DNA of 64,000 nt from Gammaproteobacteria bacterium (GCA_050186725.1 JBFWYG010000007.1:732-64731), one strand, 5' to 3'; shown: positions 19,573-29,223, counted from the stretch's first letter. Numbers and translations are program-made. The notes: generated by a model not told the origin, from the sequence alone.

Positions 19573-20817
19573 ATGCTGGAAGACGCGCCGATCTTCGACC
19601 CCGAGGCTTTTCGACTCAGCGTCCAGGAGGCCGAACTCACCACCCTGGCGCGGCGCCTCGGCCAGAATCGCTTCGCCGCGCGCGCCGCGACCTTCGATCG
19701 CGAAGCGCGCTTTCCCACCGAGAACTACCTCGACCTGCGCGAGGCCGGCCTGCTCGGCATCTGCGTGCCGCGCGAGCATGGCGGTCTCGGCGCCGACTAC
19801 CGCGCCTACTGCCTGACCGCGGCCGAGATCGGCCGCTACTGCGGCGCGACGGCGCTGACCTGGAACATGCACGTGTGCTCGTGCCTGTGGAGCGGGCCCC
19901 TGTCGGACGCGATGGACATGGATGCCGACACGCGCCGCGAGCACGAGCGACGCCGTGCGCTCCATTACGCGCGCATCGTGCAGGACGGCGCCGTCTACGC
20001 GCAGCCCTTTTCCGAGGGCGGCAGCGCGGCCGCCGGCGCCGTACCCTTCGCCACCACCGCGCGCAGGGAAGGCGAGGGCTGGCGGCTCAAGGGCCGCAAG
20101 ATCTTTGCCTCGCTGTCCGGCGCGGCCGACTACTACGGCATCCTGTGCACCGAGGCGCGCGACGAGGGCGGGCTCTCCCGCCGTCACACCATGTACATGG
20201 CGGTGCCAGCCAGGGCGCCGGGTGTGAGCGTGACCGGTGAGTGGGATCCGCTCGGCATGCGCGGCACCGTGTCGCGCACGCTCTTGCTCGACGACGTCTA
20301 CATCGACGCCGATGCCGCGCTGATGCCGCCCGGCGTGTACTACCAGGCGGCCATCCGCAATCCGCACATGTTCATGACGCTGACGCCGACCTACATCGGC
20401 ATTGCGCAAGCCGCCGTCGATTTCACCGTGCGCTACCTGCGCGGCGAAGTGCCGGGCATGGGGCCCGAGAAGCGCCGCGGCGCGCCTTCCAAGCAGCACA
20501 ACGTCGCCGAGATGCAGATCCGTCTCGAGCAGACCAAAGCCTTGTGGTTCCAGGCGATCAGCGAGGCGCGGGTGGATCCCACGCGCGAGCAGGTGCTGCG
20601 CGCCTACGCGGCGCAGTTCAGCGCCATGGAAAACGCCAACGAACTCTGCCAGCTCGCGATCCGCACCTGCGGCGGCCAGTCGATGCTGAAGTCCCTGCCG
20701 CTCGAGCGCCTGTATCGCGACAGCCGCTGCGGTTCGCTGATGCTGCCCTGGAGCGCCGATCTGTGCATGGAGCGCATCGGGCGCGAGGCCCTGTACCTGC
20801 CTGGCGAGAGCGATTAG
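19573..20817 (+). CDS. acyl-CoA dehydrogenase-fold family protein (atypical; could be an ACAD-fold flavin oxygenase/oxidase)
   Basis: 414 aa. It has an ACAD-like N-terminus and middle region but lacks the canonical C-terminal catalytic-Glu motif. Its stop overlaps the next start (TAGTG). Confidence 0.65.
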   Translation: MLEDAPIFDPEAFRLSVQEAELTTLARRLGQNRFAARAATFDREARFPTENYLDLREAGLLGICVPREHGGLGADYRAYCLTAAEIGRYCGATALTWNMHVCSCLWSGPLSDAMDMDADTRREHERRRALHYARIVQDGAVYAQPFSEGGSAAAGAVPFATTARREGEGWRLKGRKIFASLSGAADYYGILCTEARDEGGLSRRHTMYMAVPARAPGVSVTGEWDPLGMRGTVSRTLLLDDVYIDADAALMPPGVYYQAAIRNPHMFMTLTPTYIGIAQAAVDFTVRYLRGEVPGMGPEKRRGAPSKQHNVAEMQIRLEQTKALWFQAISEARVDPTREQVLRAYAAQFSAMENANELCQLAIRTCGGQSMLKSLPLERLYRDSRCGSLMLPWSADLCMERIGREALYLPGESD

Positions 20818-22301
20818 TGCGGCCCTTCGCCGAGTGGCTGGAGTTCCACGCGGCGGCACGCCCCGAGCACCCCGCGCTCGTCCACGAGGACGAGACGCTG
20901 GACTACGCGGCGCTCGCCGCGCGGGCCCGCCAGCTCGCACGCTGGCTGCGTGACGAGCGCGGCCTCGAACCCGGCGCACGGGTCGCGTGGCTGGGCGCCA
21001 ATGCGCCCGATCAGCTCGCGCTGGTGTTCGCCTGCGCTTATACCGGGCTCATCCTGCTGCCGCTCAACTGGCGCCTGAGCGACGCGGAGATCGGCGTCAT
21101 CCTGGCCGATGCTGGCGTGGCGCTCGCGATCCTCGATGTGAGCACCGCCGAGCGCGCAGCGGCGCTGGCGGGTGTGCCGGTGGTACGTGCGCGCCATGGC
21201 GATGCGCCACGACTGCCTGAGCCGGCCGTGGTCGACTTCGGCGCCCCACGGCCGGACCCCTCGCGCGGCGTTCTGCTGGTCTACACCTCCGGCACCACCG
21301 GCAGTCCCAAGGGCGCGCTGCTGACCCAGGCCGCGCTCGCCAGCAACGCGGTCAACGCGGTTCACATGCACGAACTGTCCGCCGCCGATCGCGTGCTGAC
21401 CGTGCTGCCGATGTTTCACGTCGGCGGGCTCAACATCCAGACCCTGCCGGCCTTGTCCCAGGGCGCCACGGTGCTGCTCGAAACGCGCTTCGATCCCGCG
21501 CGTACCCTGGCGCGCATCGCGCGCGAGCGACCGACGCTGACCGTGCAAGTGCCGGCGACGCTAGCCGCGCTCATCGCCCATCCGGACTGGGCGGCCACCG
21601 ACCTCGACTGCCTGCGCGCCTGCGCCACCGGCTCGACCGACGTGCCGCTGCCCCTGATCGAGGCCCTGCACGCGCGCGGCGTGCCAGTCATCCAGATCTA
21701 CGGCGCGACCGAGACCGGCCCCGTCGCCATCTACCAGCGCATCGAGGAAGCCTTCAGCCACGCGGGTGGCATCGGGCGTTGCGGTCTCGAGACCGAGATA
21801 CGGCTGGTGGACGAGCAGGGGAACGACGTGCCCGACGGCACACCGGGCGAAGTGCTGGTGCGCGGCGCGCACTGCGCGCTCGGCTACTGGAACGCCGCGC
21901 GCGGCGCGGTGGAAGCCTTCGCCGACGGCTGGTTCGCGAGCGGCGATGTCGCCGAGCGCGACGCCGACGGTTACTACTGGTTCAAGGATCGGCGCAAGCA
22001 CGTGATCATCTCGGGCGGCGAGAACATCTATCCCGCCGAACTCGAACGTGTGCTGGCCGCGAGCGGGCGTCTGCGCGAGGCCGCGGTCGCCGCACGTCCC
22101 GACCCGCACTGGGGCCAGGTGCCGGTGGTGGTGGCTGTGCGCGGCGCGGAGCCGCTGGAGAGGGACGCGGTGCTGGCGCTGTTCGACGGGCGCATCGCCC
22201 GCTACAAGCACCCGAAGGACGTGGTGTTCGTGGACGCCCTGCCGCGCAACGCGATGGGCAAGGTGGAAGTGGTGAAGCTGCGCGAACTGGCGCGCGGGTG
22301 A
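20817..22301 (+). CDS. AMP-dependent synthetase/ligase (acyl-CoA or aryl-CoA ligase)
   Basis: The GTG start overlaps the upstream stop. Motifs LVYTSGTTGSPKG, YGATETG, GWFASGD and the C-terminal PRNAMGKV are present. Confidence 0.8.
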   Translation: MRPFAEWLEFHAAARPEHPALVHEDETLDYAALAARARQLARWLRDERGLEPGARVAWLGANAPDQLALVFACAYTGLILLPLNWRLSDAEIGVILADAGVALAILDVSTAERAAALAGVPVVRARHGDAPRLPEPAVVDFGAPRPDPSRGVLLVYTSGTTGSPKGALLTQAALASNAVNAVHMHELSAADRVLTVLPMFHVGGLNIQTLPALSQGATVLLETRFDPARTLARIARERPTLTVQVPATLAALIAHPDWAATDLDCLRACATGSTDVPLPLIEALHARGVPVIQIYGATETGPVAIYQRIEEAFSHAGGIGRCGLETEIRLVDEQGNDVPDGTPGEVLVRGAHCALGYWNAARGAVEAFADGWFASGDVAERDADGYYWFKDRRKHVIISGGENIYPAELERVLAASGRLREAAVAARPDPHWGQVPVVVAVRGAEPLERDAVLALFDGRIARYKHPKDVVFVDALPRNAMGKVEVVKLRELARG

Positions 22302-22304
22302 AGC

Positions 22305-22336
22305 CCTCGGCGGCGCGGGCGCGCCGCCGAGGGCAG
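22305..22336. terminator. bidirectional hairpin (13-bp perfect GC stem CCCTCGGCGGCGC / GCGCCGCCGAGGG) between convergent ligase and TonB-receptor genes
   Basis: Seen directly in the sequence. There is no U-tract, which is common in high-GC genomes. Confidence 0.5.
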
Positions 22337-22341
22337 GCTCA

Positions 22342-24696
22342 TCAGAACGAGTAGCGGATGCTGCCGCCGACCCAGCGCGGCAGGCCGTAGTACTGCTCGG
22401 TCATGCCGAGCACACCGCCGAGATCGAAGGTCTGCACCAGGTATTCCTCGTCGGCGATGTTGTTGACGAAGATCGCCGCCTCCCACTTGTCGTCCAGCGT
22501 CGCGTAGCTGAAGCGCGCGTTGCCGAGGATGTAGCCGTTCTCGGTGCTGGCCTCAGCCCGCGTCAGGCTGAAGTAGTGCTGTGAGCGGTAACGGAAGTCC
22601 GCCTGCCAGGCCAGCTTGCCGTTCTGGTAGGGCCAGGCGTAGCGCAGCATGCCGTTCAGGTTCCACTTCGGCGACTGCACCGGCTTGGTGTCCGCCGCGC
22701 CGAGCGCGCCCGGGCCGTCCAGGTCGACGTCCTTGATGGTCACGTCCAGGTAGGCCGCGCCGAGCAGGAGATCCAGCCCTTCCATCGGTGTCGTCTGGAA
22801 CTCCATCTCGAAGCCGTGGCTGTTGGCGTCGGCGTTGGTGATGAAGGTCGTGAGGCCAACGATCTGGAAGGCCTGGTAGTCGTCATAGTCGTAGTAGAAG
22901 GCCGACGCGTTCAAACGCGCCTTGCCGTCGAACAGCTCCCACTTGAAGCCCGCTTCCCAGGCGTTCAGGGTCTCAGCCTTGAACTTCATGTTGCGGTCGG
23001 TGAGGGGAATAAAGCCAACCGGCGCAGGTGGAGGTGGATTGAATGAGAAAGCGTAGTCGGTAACGTCGAGCGGTGCGTTGAAGCCGCCGCCCTTCACGCC
23101 ACGGTTCCAGCCGCCGTAGATCAGCCAGTCTTCGGTGGGCTTGAAATTCAACTGCGCCTTGCCCGACCACAGGCTTTTATCGATATCGCCGGTGTAGACA
23201 GCCTGCTGCAACAAGACGTTGGGATTGCCGTTGCGCATGCGCGTGCCGGGCTGGTAGTCCACGAAGTTGGATTCGTACTGGTGATTCTTGTCTTCGTTGA
23301 TGTAACGCACGCCGACGATTGCCGTCCACTTCTCCCATAAGTCATATTCGGTCTGGCCGAACAGGGACCAGCTGTCGGTATTGGTGCGGTAGGGATTGTC
23401 GATGCCGAGCGGAGTGCCATCACCCTCGGCCACTACTCCAAACGCCCCGGTCGGGTGATCGATGAGCGGTCCGCCCAGTTGCAGGAACCTGAGGATGCTG
23501 TCTCGACCCGCCCCAGTACCGTCCCAGATGCCGCTCATCAAAGGCTGCACCGCGCCGTTCGCATCGCGTACTTTGATTTGGAGAAAGTAGAAACCGCCCA
23601 CCCAGCGAAACTTCTCCGTTTCGCCGTTGAAGCGCAGTTCCTGCGAGAACTGCTCGGCGTCGGTGTTCAGGTAGAAGTTGAAGTCCTCGAAGGGCGAGGC
23701 ATCCGAGTCTTCCAGGTAGTCGCGCTTGACCTCCTGGTAGTCGGTGATCGAGGTCAGCTTGAGGTTGTCACGGATGTTCCACTTGAAAGTGCCCGTGAAG
23801 CCCAGGGTGTGCATGTCCTGGAACCCCTGGGTGTTGTAGTCGCCGGCGAAGTTGTCGTTGTCGCCGTCGCGGTAGCCGTTGAAGTTGGTGAGGTGGCGCG
23901 TGTAGACACCATTGCCCAAGGCATCGGGGCGGGTGGAAACGTTCTCCCAGAAGCCTGTGCGCACCTGCTGCAGCGAACCGCGTACGTTGATCAGCAGTTC
24001 GGTGTCGTCGGTCGGCAGGATCAGGAGCTGGCCGCGGCCCGAGTAGTCGTTGTTGTTGCCGATGTCCTCATCGGTGAAACGATTGCGTACGTAGCCGTTG
24101 TCGTAATTGGTCGCCACCGACACACGCGCGCGGACCTTCTCGTGCACCGCGCCGCCGACCGCGCCCTGGAACTTGAACTGGTCGTAATAGCCGCCGGTGA
24201 GCTGCGCATAGCCGTCGAGCTCCTCGGTCGGCTTCTGCGTCACGTAGTGGGCCAGACCGCCGGTCGCGTTGCGGCCGTACAGCGTGCCCTGCGGGCCGCG
24301 CAGGATTTCCACACGTTCCATGTCGTAGAGCTGGAAGCCGGCGCTCGACATCTGCGACAGGTAGACCTCGTCGACGTAAACCGACACCGGGCTTTCCTGG
24401 TTGGTCACGAAGTCGTTCTGCGCAACGCCGCGAATGCCGATGGCGTAGTTCGACGGGCCGTTGGGCTGGATGGTGCTTACGCCGGGCGCGAGGCCCGTGA
24501 TGTCCTGGGCGTTGGTGTAGCCGAGCTGCTGGATCTGCTTGCCGGAGTAGGCGGACACCGCGATGCCCACGTCCTGGATGCTCTGCTCGCGCTTCTGCGC
24601 GGTGACGACGACTTCTTCGAGCACCTCCGCCTGGGCGGCGGAAGTCGCGAGCGAAGCGATGGCCGCGGCGAGCGCGGTCTTGCGGAAACTGGCCAT
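22342..24696 (-). CDS. TonB-dependent receptor
   Basis: Signal peptide MASFRKTALAAAIASLATSAAQA, a plug domain, a C-terminal aromatic residue (RYSF), and about 784 aa. The gene has visibly lower GC than its neighbours. Confidence 0.9.
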   Translation of the reverse strand: MASFRKTALAAAIASLATSAAQAEVLEEVVVTAQKREQSIQDVGIAVSAYSGKQIQQLGYTNAQDITGLAPGVSTIQPNGPSNYAIGIRGVAQNDFVTNQESPVSVYVDEVYLSQMSSAGFQLYDMERVEILRGPQGTLYGRNATGGLAHYVTQKPTEELDGYAQLTGGYYDQFKFQGAVGGAVHEKVRARVSVATNYDNGYVRNRFTDEDIGNNNDYSGRGQLLILPTDDTELLINVRGSLQQVRTGFWENVSTRPDALGNGVYTRHLTNFNGYRDGDNDNFAGDYNTQGFQDMHTLGFTGTFKWNIRDNLKLTSITDYQEVKRDYLEDSDASPFEDFNFYLNTDAEQFSQELRFNGETEKFRWVGGFYFLQIKVRDANGAVQPLMSGIWDGTGAGRDSILRFLQLGGPLIDHPTGAFGVVAEGDGTPLGIDNPYRTNTDSWSLFGQTEYDLWEKWTAIVGVRYINEDKNHQYESNFVDYQPGTRMRNGNPNVLLQQAVYTGDIDKSLWSGKAQLNFKPTEDWLIYGGWNRGVKGGGFNAPLDVTDYAFSFNPPPPAPVGFIPLTDRNMKFKAETLNAWEAGFKWELFDGKARLNASAFYYDYDDYQAFQIVGLTTFITNADANSHGFEMEFQTTPMEGLDLLLGAAYLDVTIKDVDLDGPGALGAADTKPVQSPKWNLNGMLRYAWPYQNGKLAWQADFRYRSQHYFSLTRAEASTENGYILGNARFSYATLDDKWEAAIFVNNIADEEYLVQTFDLGGVLGMTEQYYGLPRWVGGSIRYSF

Positions 24697-24929
24697 GATG
24701 GTCGAACCCCTATTCAAAAGCCTGGTGAGCCTCGGTTAGCCTGAATCCCTGGCCATCGCTGTGCACCGGTCTGCCTTCCCCCAACGCACGGGCACGTTTG
24801 AGGCAGTATAGCAACGGGCTGGGCGCAGGGTCGAATGTCTATTTATCGGACACTTATGGAAAAAAACTTGAGGGCGCGGCAGATGGCGTTGCGCGCGCGC
24901 CACGTAATCGGGCCGCATGCCGGTGCGAG

Positions 24930-26582
24930 ATGGCGCGCATGACGCGGCCCGCGGGCGCGCCCGGTTCCGTGTATTTCGACTACCCGCACTTTGCCTTTAG
25001 CCCACCGCCGGAACTGGCGGGCGCCCGACCGCGCCACGCCGTCGCGGTGGTGGGCGCCGGTCCGGTCGGCCTCTGCGCGGCGCTCGCGCTGGCCCGGCAG
25101 GGTGTGCAGGTCGCGGTGCTGGACGACAAGGCCAGCGTCAACGATGGCAGCCGCGCGATCTGCATCGCGCGGCACAGCCTCGAGGGCCTGCAGCAACTCG
25201 GCGTGGCCGAGGCCTTCCTGGCCAAGGCCTTGCCGTGGACCCACGGGACCTCCTTCTACCGCGGCGCGCCGGTGTTCCGCCTCGAGATGGCGCACGACGA
25301 ACACCACCGTTTCCACCCGATGTACAACCTGCAGCAGCAGTACATCGAGCAGTTCCTGGTGGACGCGGTGGCGGCCGAGCCACCCATCGAGCTCCGCTGG
25401 CAGAGCCGCGTGACCGCGGTCGAGGCGCGCGAGGACGGCGTGGCGCTCGGCGTCGCGACCCAGGCCGGTGACTATCGCCTCGAGGCCGACTACGTGGTGG
25501 CGGCCGACGGCGCGCGCAGTGCCGTGCGTCGCGCGCTTGGCCTGGAACTGCACGGCGAGGCCCATGAAGGTCGTTACGTGATCGTCGACGTACACCTGCC
25601 CTCGAGCCATCCGACCGAGAGGCGCGCGTTCTTCGACTGTCCGGGCAACCCGGGCAAGACCGTGCTGGTGCATCGTCAGCCGGACGACATCTGGCGCATC
25701 GACTACCAGCTGGACGACGGCGAGGACGAGGCGCTGGCGCTGGCGGAGGACACCATTCGCGCGCGTGTCGCGGCCATCATCGCCATGCTGGGCGAGACCG
25801 CGCCCTGGGCGCTCGAGTGGTGGAGCGTGTACAAGGCCTACACCCTGTGCCTCGACGACTACCGGCACGGCCGCGTGCTGTTCTGCGGCGACGCCGCGCA
25901 CCTCGTGCCGATCTTCGGCGTGCGCGGGCTCAACTCGGGCTTTGCCGACGCGCAGAATCTCGCCTGGAAGCTGGCCGCCGTGACCCGCGGCGAGGCGCCC
26001 GACAGGCTGCTCGACAGCTATTCGCCCGAGCGGCGCGGCGCGACGCTCGACATCTTCGCCCAGGCGAGCAAGAGCACGCGCTTCATGGCGCCGCCGAGCC
26101 GCGGACACCGCCTGCTGCGGGACGCCGCGCTCGGCCTCGCGCGCGACCACGCCTTCGCGCGGCGGCTGCTCGATCCGCGCCAGTCGCAGCCCTACACCTA
26201 TGCCGGCAGCGCGCTGTCCACGCCGGACGACGGCAGCTTCACGGCTGGGCCAGGACCGGGCGCGCCGCTGGTCAACCGTCGCCTCGGCGACGACAGCTTC
26301 CTGCTCGATCACCTCGGCGCGGGCTTCACCTGGCTGCACTTCGACCAGGTCGTGCCGGACGCGCTGGCGGCGATCGCCGCGCGCCTGCACCTCGGCGCGG
26401 CGCCCTTGCGCGTGCTGCGCCTGGACCCGGCGGACCCCGCCCTGGCCGATGCCTACGACGCGCGGCCGGGCACCTGCTACCTGGTGCGGCCAGACCGGCA
26501 CGTGTGCGCGCGCTGGCGCCTATTCGACGGCGAGGCCGCGCTCGGCGCGTGGCGCCGCGCCTGCGGCGGCGTCGCGCCATGA
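24930..26582 (+). CDS. FAD-dependent aromatic-ring hydroxylase (MhpA/PheA-TfdB-like, with C-terminal thioredoxin-like domain)
   Basis: Starts MARMTRP. Motifs VVGAGPVGLCAALAL, DG.RS.VR and GDAAHL.P..G.GLNSG are present. About 550 aa. Confidence 0.8.
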   Translation: MARMTRPAGAPGSVYFDYPHFAFSPPPELAGARPRHAVAVVGAGPVGLCAALALARQGVQVAVLDDKASVNDGSRAICIARHSLEGLQQLGVAEAFLAKALPWTHGTSFYRGAPVFRLEMAHDEHHRFHPMYNLQQQYIEQFLVDAVAAEPPIELRWQSRVTAVEAREDGVALGVATQAGDYRLEADYVVAADGARSAVRRALGLELHGEAHEGRYVIVDVHLPSSHPTERRAFFDCPGNPGKTVLVHRQPDDIWRIDYQLDDGEDEALALAEDTIRARVAAIIAMLGETAPWALEWWSVYKAYTLCLDDYRHGRVLFCGDAAHLVPIFGVRGLNSGFADAQNLAWKLAAVTRGEAPDRLLDSYSPERRGATLDIFAQASKSTRFMAPPSRGHRLLRDAALGLARDHAFARRLLDPRQSQPYTYAGSALSTPDDGSFTAGPGPGAPLVNRRLGDDSFLLDHLGAGFTWLHFDQVVPDALAAIAARLHLGAAPLRVLRLDPADPALADAYDARPGTCYLVRPDRHVCARWRLFDGEAALGAWRRACGGVAP

Positions 26583-26773
26583 GCGCGCTGGAAGCGGCGG
26601 CTTTCGAGGCGCTCTACGACCTGCTCGCGGCGGCCATCGACCGGGTCGGACCGGCGCGCGAAGCGGACTTCCTCGCGCGTCTCGCGCTGCTCTTGATGCA
26701 CGCCGAGGTGGACGAGGCGGCGATCCGCGCCGCGCTCGCGGCGGCGGAGGCCAGCGTCGCCGAGTCCGGCTGA
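26579..26773 (+). CDS. DUF2783-like small protein
   Basis: 64 aa (MSALEAAAFEALYDLL...). Its start overlaps the hydroxylase stop (ATGA). This family commonly follows MhpA-like hydroxylases. Confidence 0.5.
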   Translation: MSALEAAAFEALYDLLAAAIDRVGPAREADFLARLALLLMHAEVDEAAIRAALAAAEASVAESG

Positions 26774-26875
26774 GGGGGCACGCGGCCGGGCGCGGCTGTA
26801 CCTTGCCGCCCGCAATCATCGACAATGCGCGCGCGGCCGCCGGGCCGCGTGATCACCGTTACGGGAGTTGTCGCC

Positions 26876-28399
26876 GTGAGCCCCATCAAGTCCGCCGATG
26901 TCATCCAGAGCGTGGCCGACGCGCTGCAGTACATTTCCTACTACCACCCGCCGGATTTCATCCGCAACGTCGCACGCGCCTACGAGTTGGAACAGTCCGA
27001 CGCGGCGCGCGACGCCATGGCGCAGATCCTGATCAATTCGCGCATGTGCGCCGAGGGTCATCGGCCCATCTGCCAGGACACCGGTATCGTCAACGTGTTC
27101 GTGAAGGTCGGCATGCAGGTGCGCTGGGCCGACGACATGGCGCTCGAGGACATGATCAACGAGGGCGTGCGCCGCGCCTACAACCATCCGGACAACAAGC
27201 TGCGCGCCTCGGTGCTGGCCGATCCGGCGGGCGCCCGGCAGAACACCAAGGACAACACCCCGGCGGTGATCCACGTGCAGCTCGTGCCGGGTCACGAAGT
27301 GGACATCACCGTCGCGGCCAAGGGCGGCGGCTCGGAGAACAAGTCCAAGTTCGTGATGCTGAACCCGTCCGACAGCATCGTCGACTGGGTGCTGAAGATC
27401 GTGCCGACCATGGGCGCGGGCTGGTGTCCGCCCGGCATGCTCGGCATCGGCATCGGCGGCACCGCCGAGAAGGCCATGCTGATGGCCAAGGAAGCGCTGA
27501 TGGACGACATCGACATGCAGGAGCTGATCGCGCGCGGCCCGTCGAATCGCATCGAAGAATTGCGCGTCGAGCTCTATGAGAAGGTCAACGCGCTCGGCAT
27601 CGGCGCGCAAGGTCTGGGCGGTCTCACCACGGTGCTCGACGTCAAGATCAAGGACTACCCGACCCACGCGGCGTCATTGCCGGTGGCGATGATCCCGAAC
27701 TGCGCGGCGACCCGCCACGTGCACTTCACGCTCGACGGCTCCGGCGTCGCCAAGTTGCCGGTACCGAAGCTCGAAGACTGGCCGAAGATCACCCGTTCGG
27801 TCGGCAACGCGCGGCGCGTCAATCTCGACACCGTCACCGCCGAGGACATCAAGACCTGGAAGCCGGGCGAGACTCTCTTGCTCTCCGGCGCGATGCTCAC
27901 CGGCCGCGATGCGGCTCACAAGCGCATCCAGGATCTGTTCGCGCGCGGCGAGGGCCTGCCGCCCGGCGTCGACTTCACGGGCCGCTTCATCTACTACGTC
28001 GGGCCGGTCGACCCGGTGCGCGACGAGGTGGTGGGGCCTGCGGGCCCGACCACCGCGACACGCATGGACAAGTTCACCGAGATGATGCTGGCCAAGACCG
28101 GGCTCATCGGCATGATCGGCAAGTCCGAGCGCGGCCCGGTGGCGATCGAGGCGATCAAGCGCCACCAGGCCGTGTACCTGATGGCGGTGGGTGGCGCGGC
28201 CTACCTGGTGTCCAAGGCGATCCGCGAGGCGCGGGTCGTGGCCTTCGCCGATCTCGGCATGGAAGCCATCCACGAGTTCGTGGTGGAGGACATGCCGGTC
28301 ACCGTGGCGGTGGACGCGAACGGCGTGTCGGTGCATGACACCGGGCCCAGGGAGTGGCAGGCCCGCATCGGCAAGATCCCGGTCAAGGTCGAAGCCTGA
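26876..28399 (+). CDS. class I fumarate hydratase family Fe-S hydro-lyase (FumA-like; alternatively maleate/tartrate dehydratase-like)
   Basis: About 507 aa in a single chain. CQDTGI and the C-terminal beta-domain are present. A GTG start is proposed at 26876, with ATG 26825 as the alternative. Confidence 0.75.
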   Translation: MSPIKSADVIQSVADALQYISYYHPPDFIRNVARAYELEQSDAARDAMAQILINSRMCAEGHRPICQDTGIVNVFVKVGMQVRWADDMALEDMINEGVRRAYNHPDNKLRASVLADPAGARQNTKDNTPAVIHVQLVPGHEVDITVAAKGGGSENKSKFVMLNPSDSIVDWVLKIVPTMGAGWCPPGMLGIGIGGTAEKAMLMAKEALMDDIDMQELIARGPSNRIEELRVELYEKVNALGIGAQGLGGLTTVLDVKIKDYPTHAASLPVAMIPNCAATRHVHFTLDGSGVAKLPVPKLEDWPKITRSVGNARRVNLDTVTAEDIKTWKPGETLLLSGAMLTGRDAAHKRIQDLFARGEGLPPGVDFTGRFIYYVGPVDPVRDEVVGPAGPTTATRMDKFTEMMLAKTGLIGMIGKSERGPVAIEAIKRHQAVYLMAVGGAAYLVSKAIREARVVAFADLGMEAIHEFVVEDMPVTVAVDANGVSVHDTGPREWQARIGKIPVKVEA

Positions 28400-28447
28400 A
28401 CGTCGGGTGCGCGCGGCACGTGGGCCGCGCGCGCTTTCCGTGGGCCG

Positions 28448-29110
28448 TCAGCGCAGCAGCTGCAGCCCGCACTCCAGCTTGGCGCCGGGCTTGGTCGGGT
28501 CGACGTAGTCGTCGTTGTCCGGCACGCCGTGGCGCGCCAGGTAGGCGCTGAGCTCGGCGTCGCTCCAGGCATAGACCGGGGCGATACGCAGCGAATTGTG
28601 CGCGCCGCGCGACGCCACCCCCAGGCTGCCGCGAAACTCGTTCTGGTCGCGACGCACCCCGGTGAACCACACGTCCGGCTTGAGCTCGTTGAACGCGCGC
28701 TCGAAGGGTTCGAGCTTGGTCTCGCGCACGAAGCCGTCGAAGCGCGGCGAATCCACCGCCGGCAGGCCGCCGTTGGCGGCGCGGCGCGCCACCGTCACGC
28801 GCGGCGTGTAAGTGCGCAGGTTGAGGCGCAGCCGCGCGGTCAATTCCTCGGCGTACTGGTAGGTGGCCGGCGTGTTGTAGCCGGTGTCGACCCAGATGAC
28901 GGGGATATCGGGACAGGCACGGCTCACCATGTGCAGCAGCGCCGCGGAGTGAGGTCGGAAGTTGGTCGTCACCACCGGGTTGGTGGCGCGGGCCAGCGCC
29001 CAGGCGATGATGGCCTCGGCATCGAGGCCGACCAGTTCGGCATTGGCCTCGGCCAGGTGGCCCGGCAGGGTGAGCGGGTTGGTGCTGAAAGTCGCGCTGA
29101 TCAGACTCAT
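28448..29110 (-). CDS. phosphoadenosine phosphosulfate reductase family protein (CysH-like)
   Basis: The PP-loop-like region and a C-terminal ECGLQ (compare ECGLH in CysH) are present. Start set at MSLISATF. Confidence 0.65.
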   Translation of the reverse strand: MSLISATFSTNPLTLPGHLAEANAELVGLDAEAIIAWALARATNPVVTTNFRPHSAALLHMVSRACPDIPVIWVDTGYNTPATYQYAEELTARLRLNLRTYTPRVTVARRAANGGLPAVDSPRFDGFVRETKLEPFERAFNELKPDVWFTGVRRDQNEFRGSLGVASRGAHNSLRIAPVYAWSDAELSAYLARHGVPDNDDYVDPTKPGAKLECGLQLLR

Positions 29111-29223
29111 GCTGAGGTCTCCGTTCCGACCGCGTGAATTCTGCATCAAGCGCATTAAAGCCGTGAGTTTAATTCCTCATATGAATATAGCGCGGCCGCC
29201 AGCCCGGCGCGGCGGCCCGTCCT

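Noticed and set aside
18208-20979. 923-aa minus-strand ORF spanning the maiA / NicX-like / ACAD-fold genes
   Set aside because: It is Arg/Ala/Gly-rich low-complexity translation antisense to four well-supported plus-strand genes. This is the typical long antisense ORF of high-GC DNA.
24697-24929. Possible Fur box upstream of the TonB-dependent receptor
   Set aside because: The AT-rich stretch does not match the GATAATGATAATCATTATC pattern convincingly, unlike the feoA upstream element.
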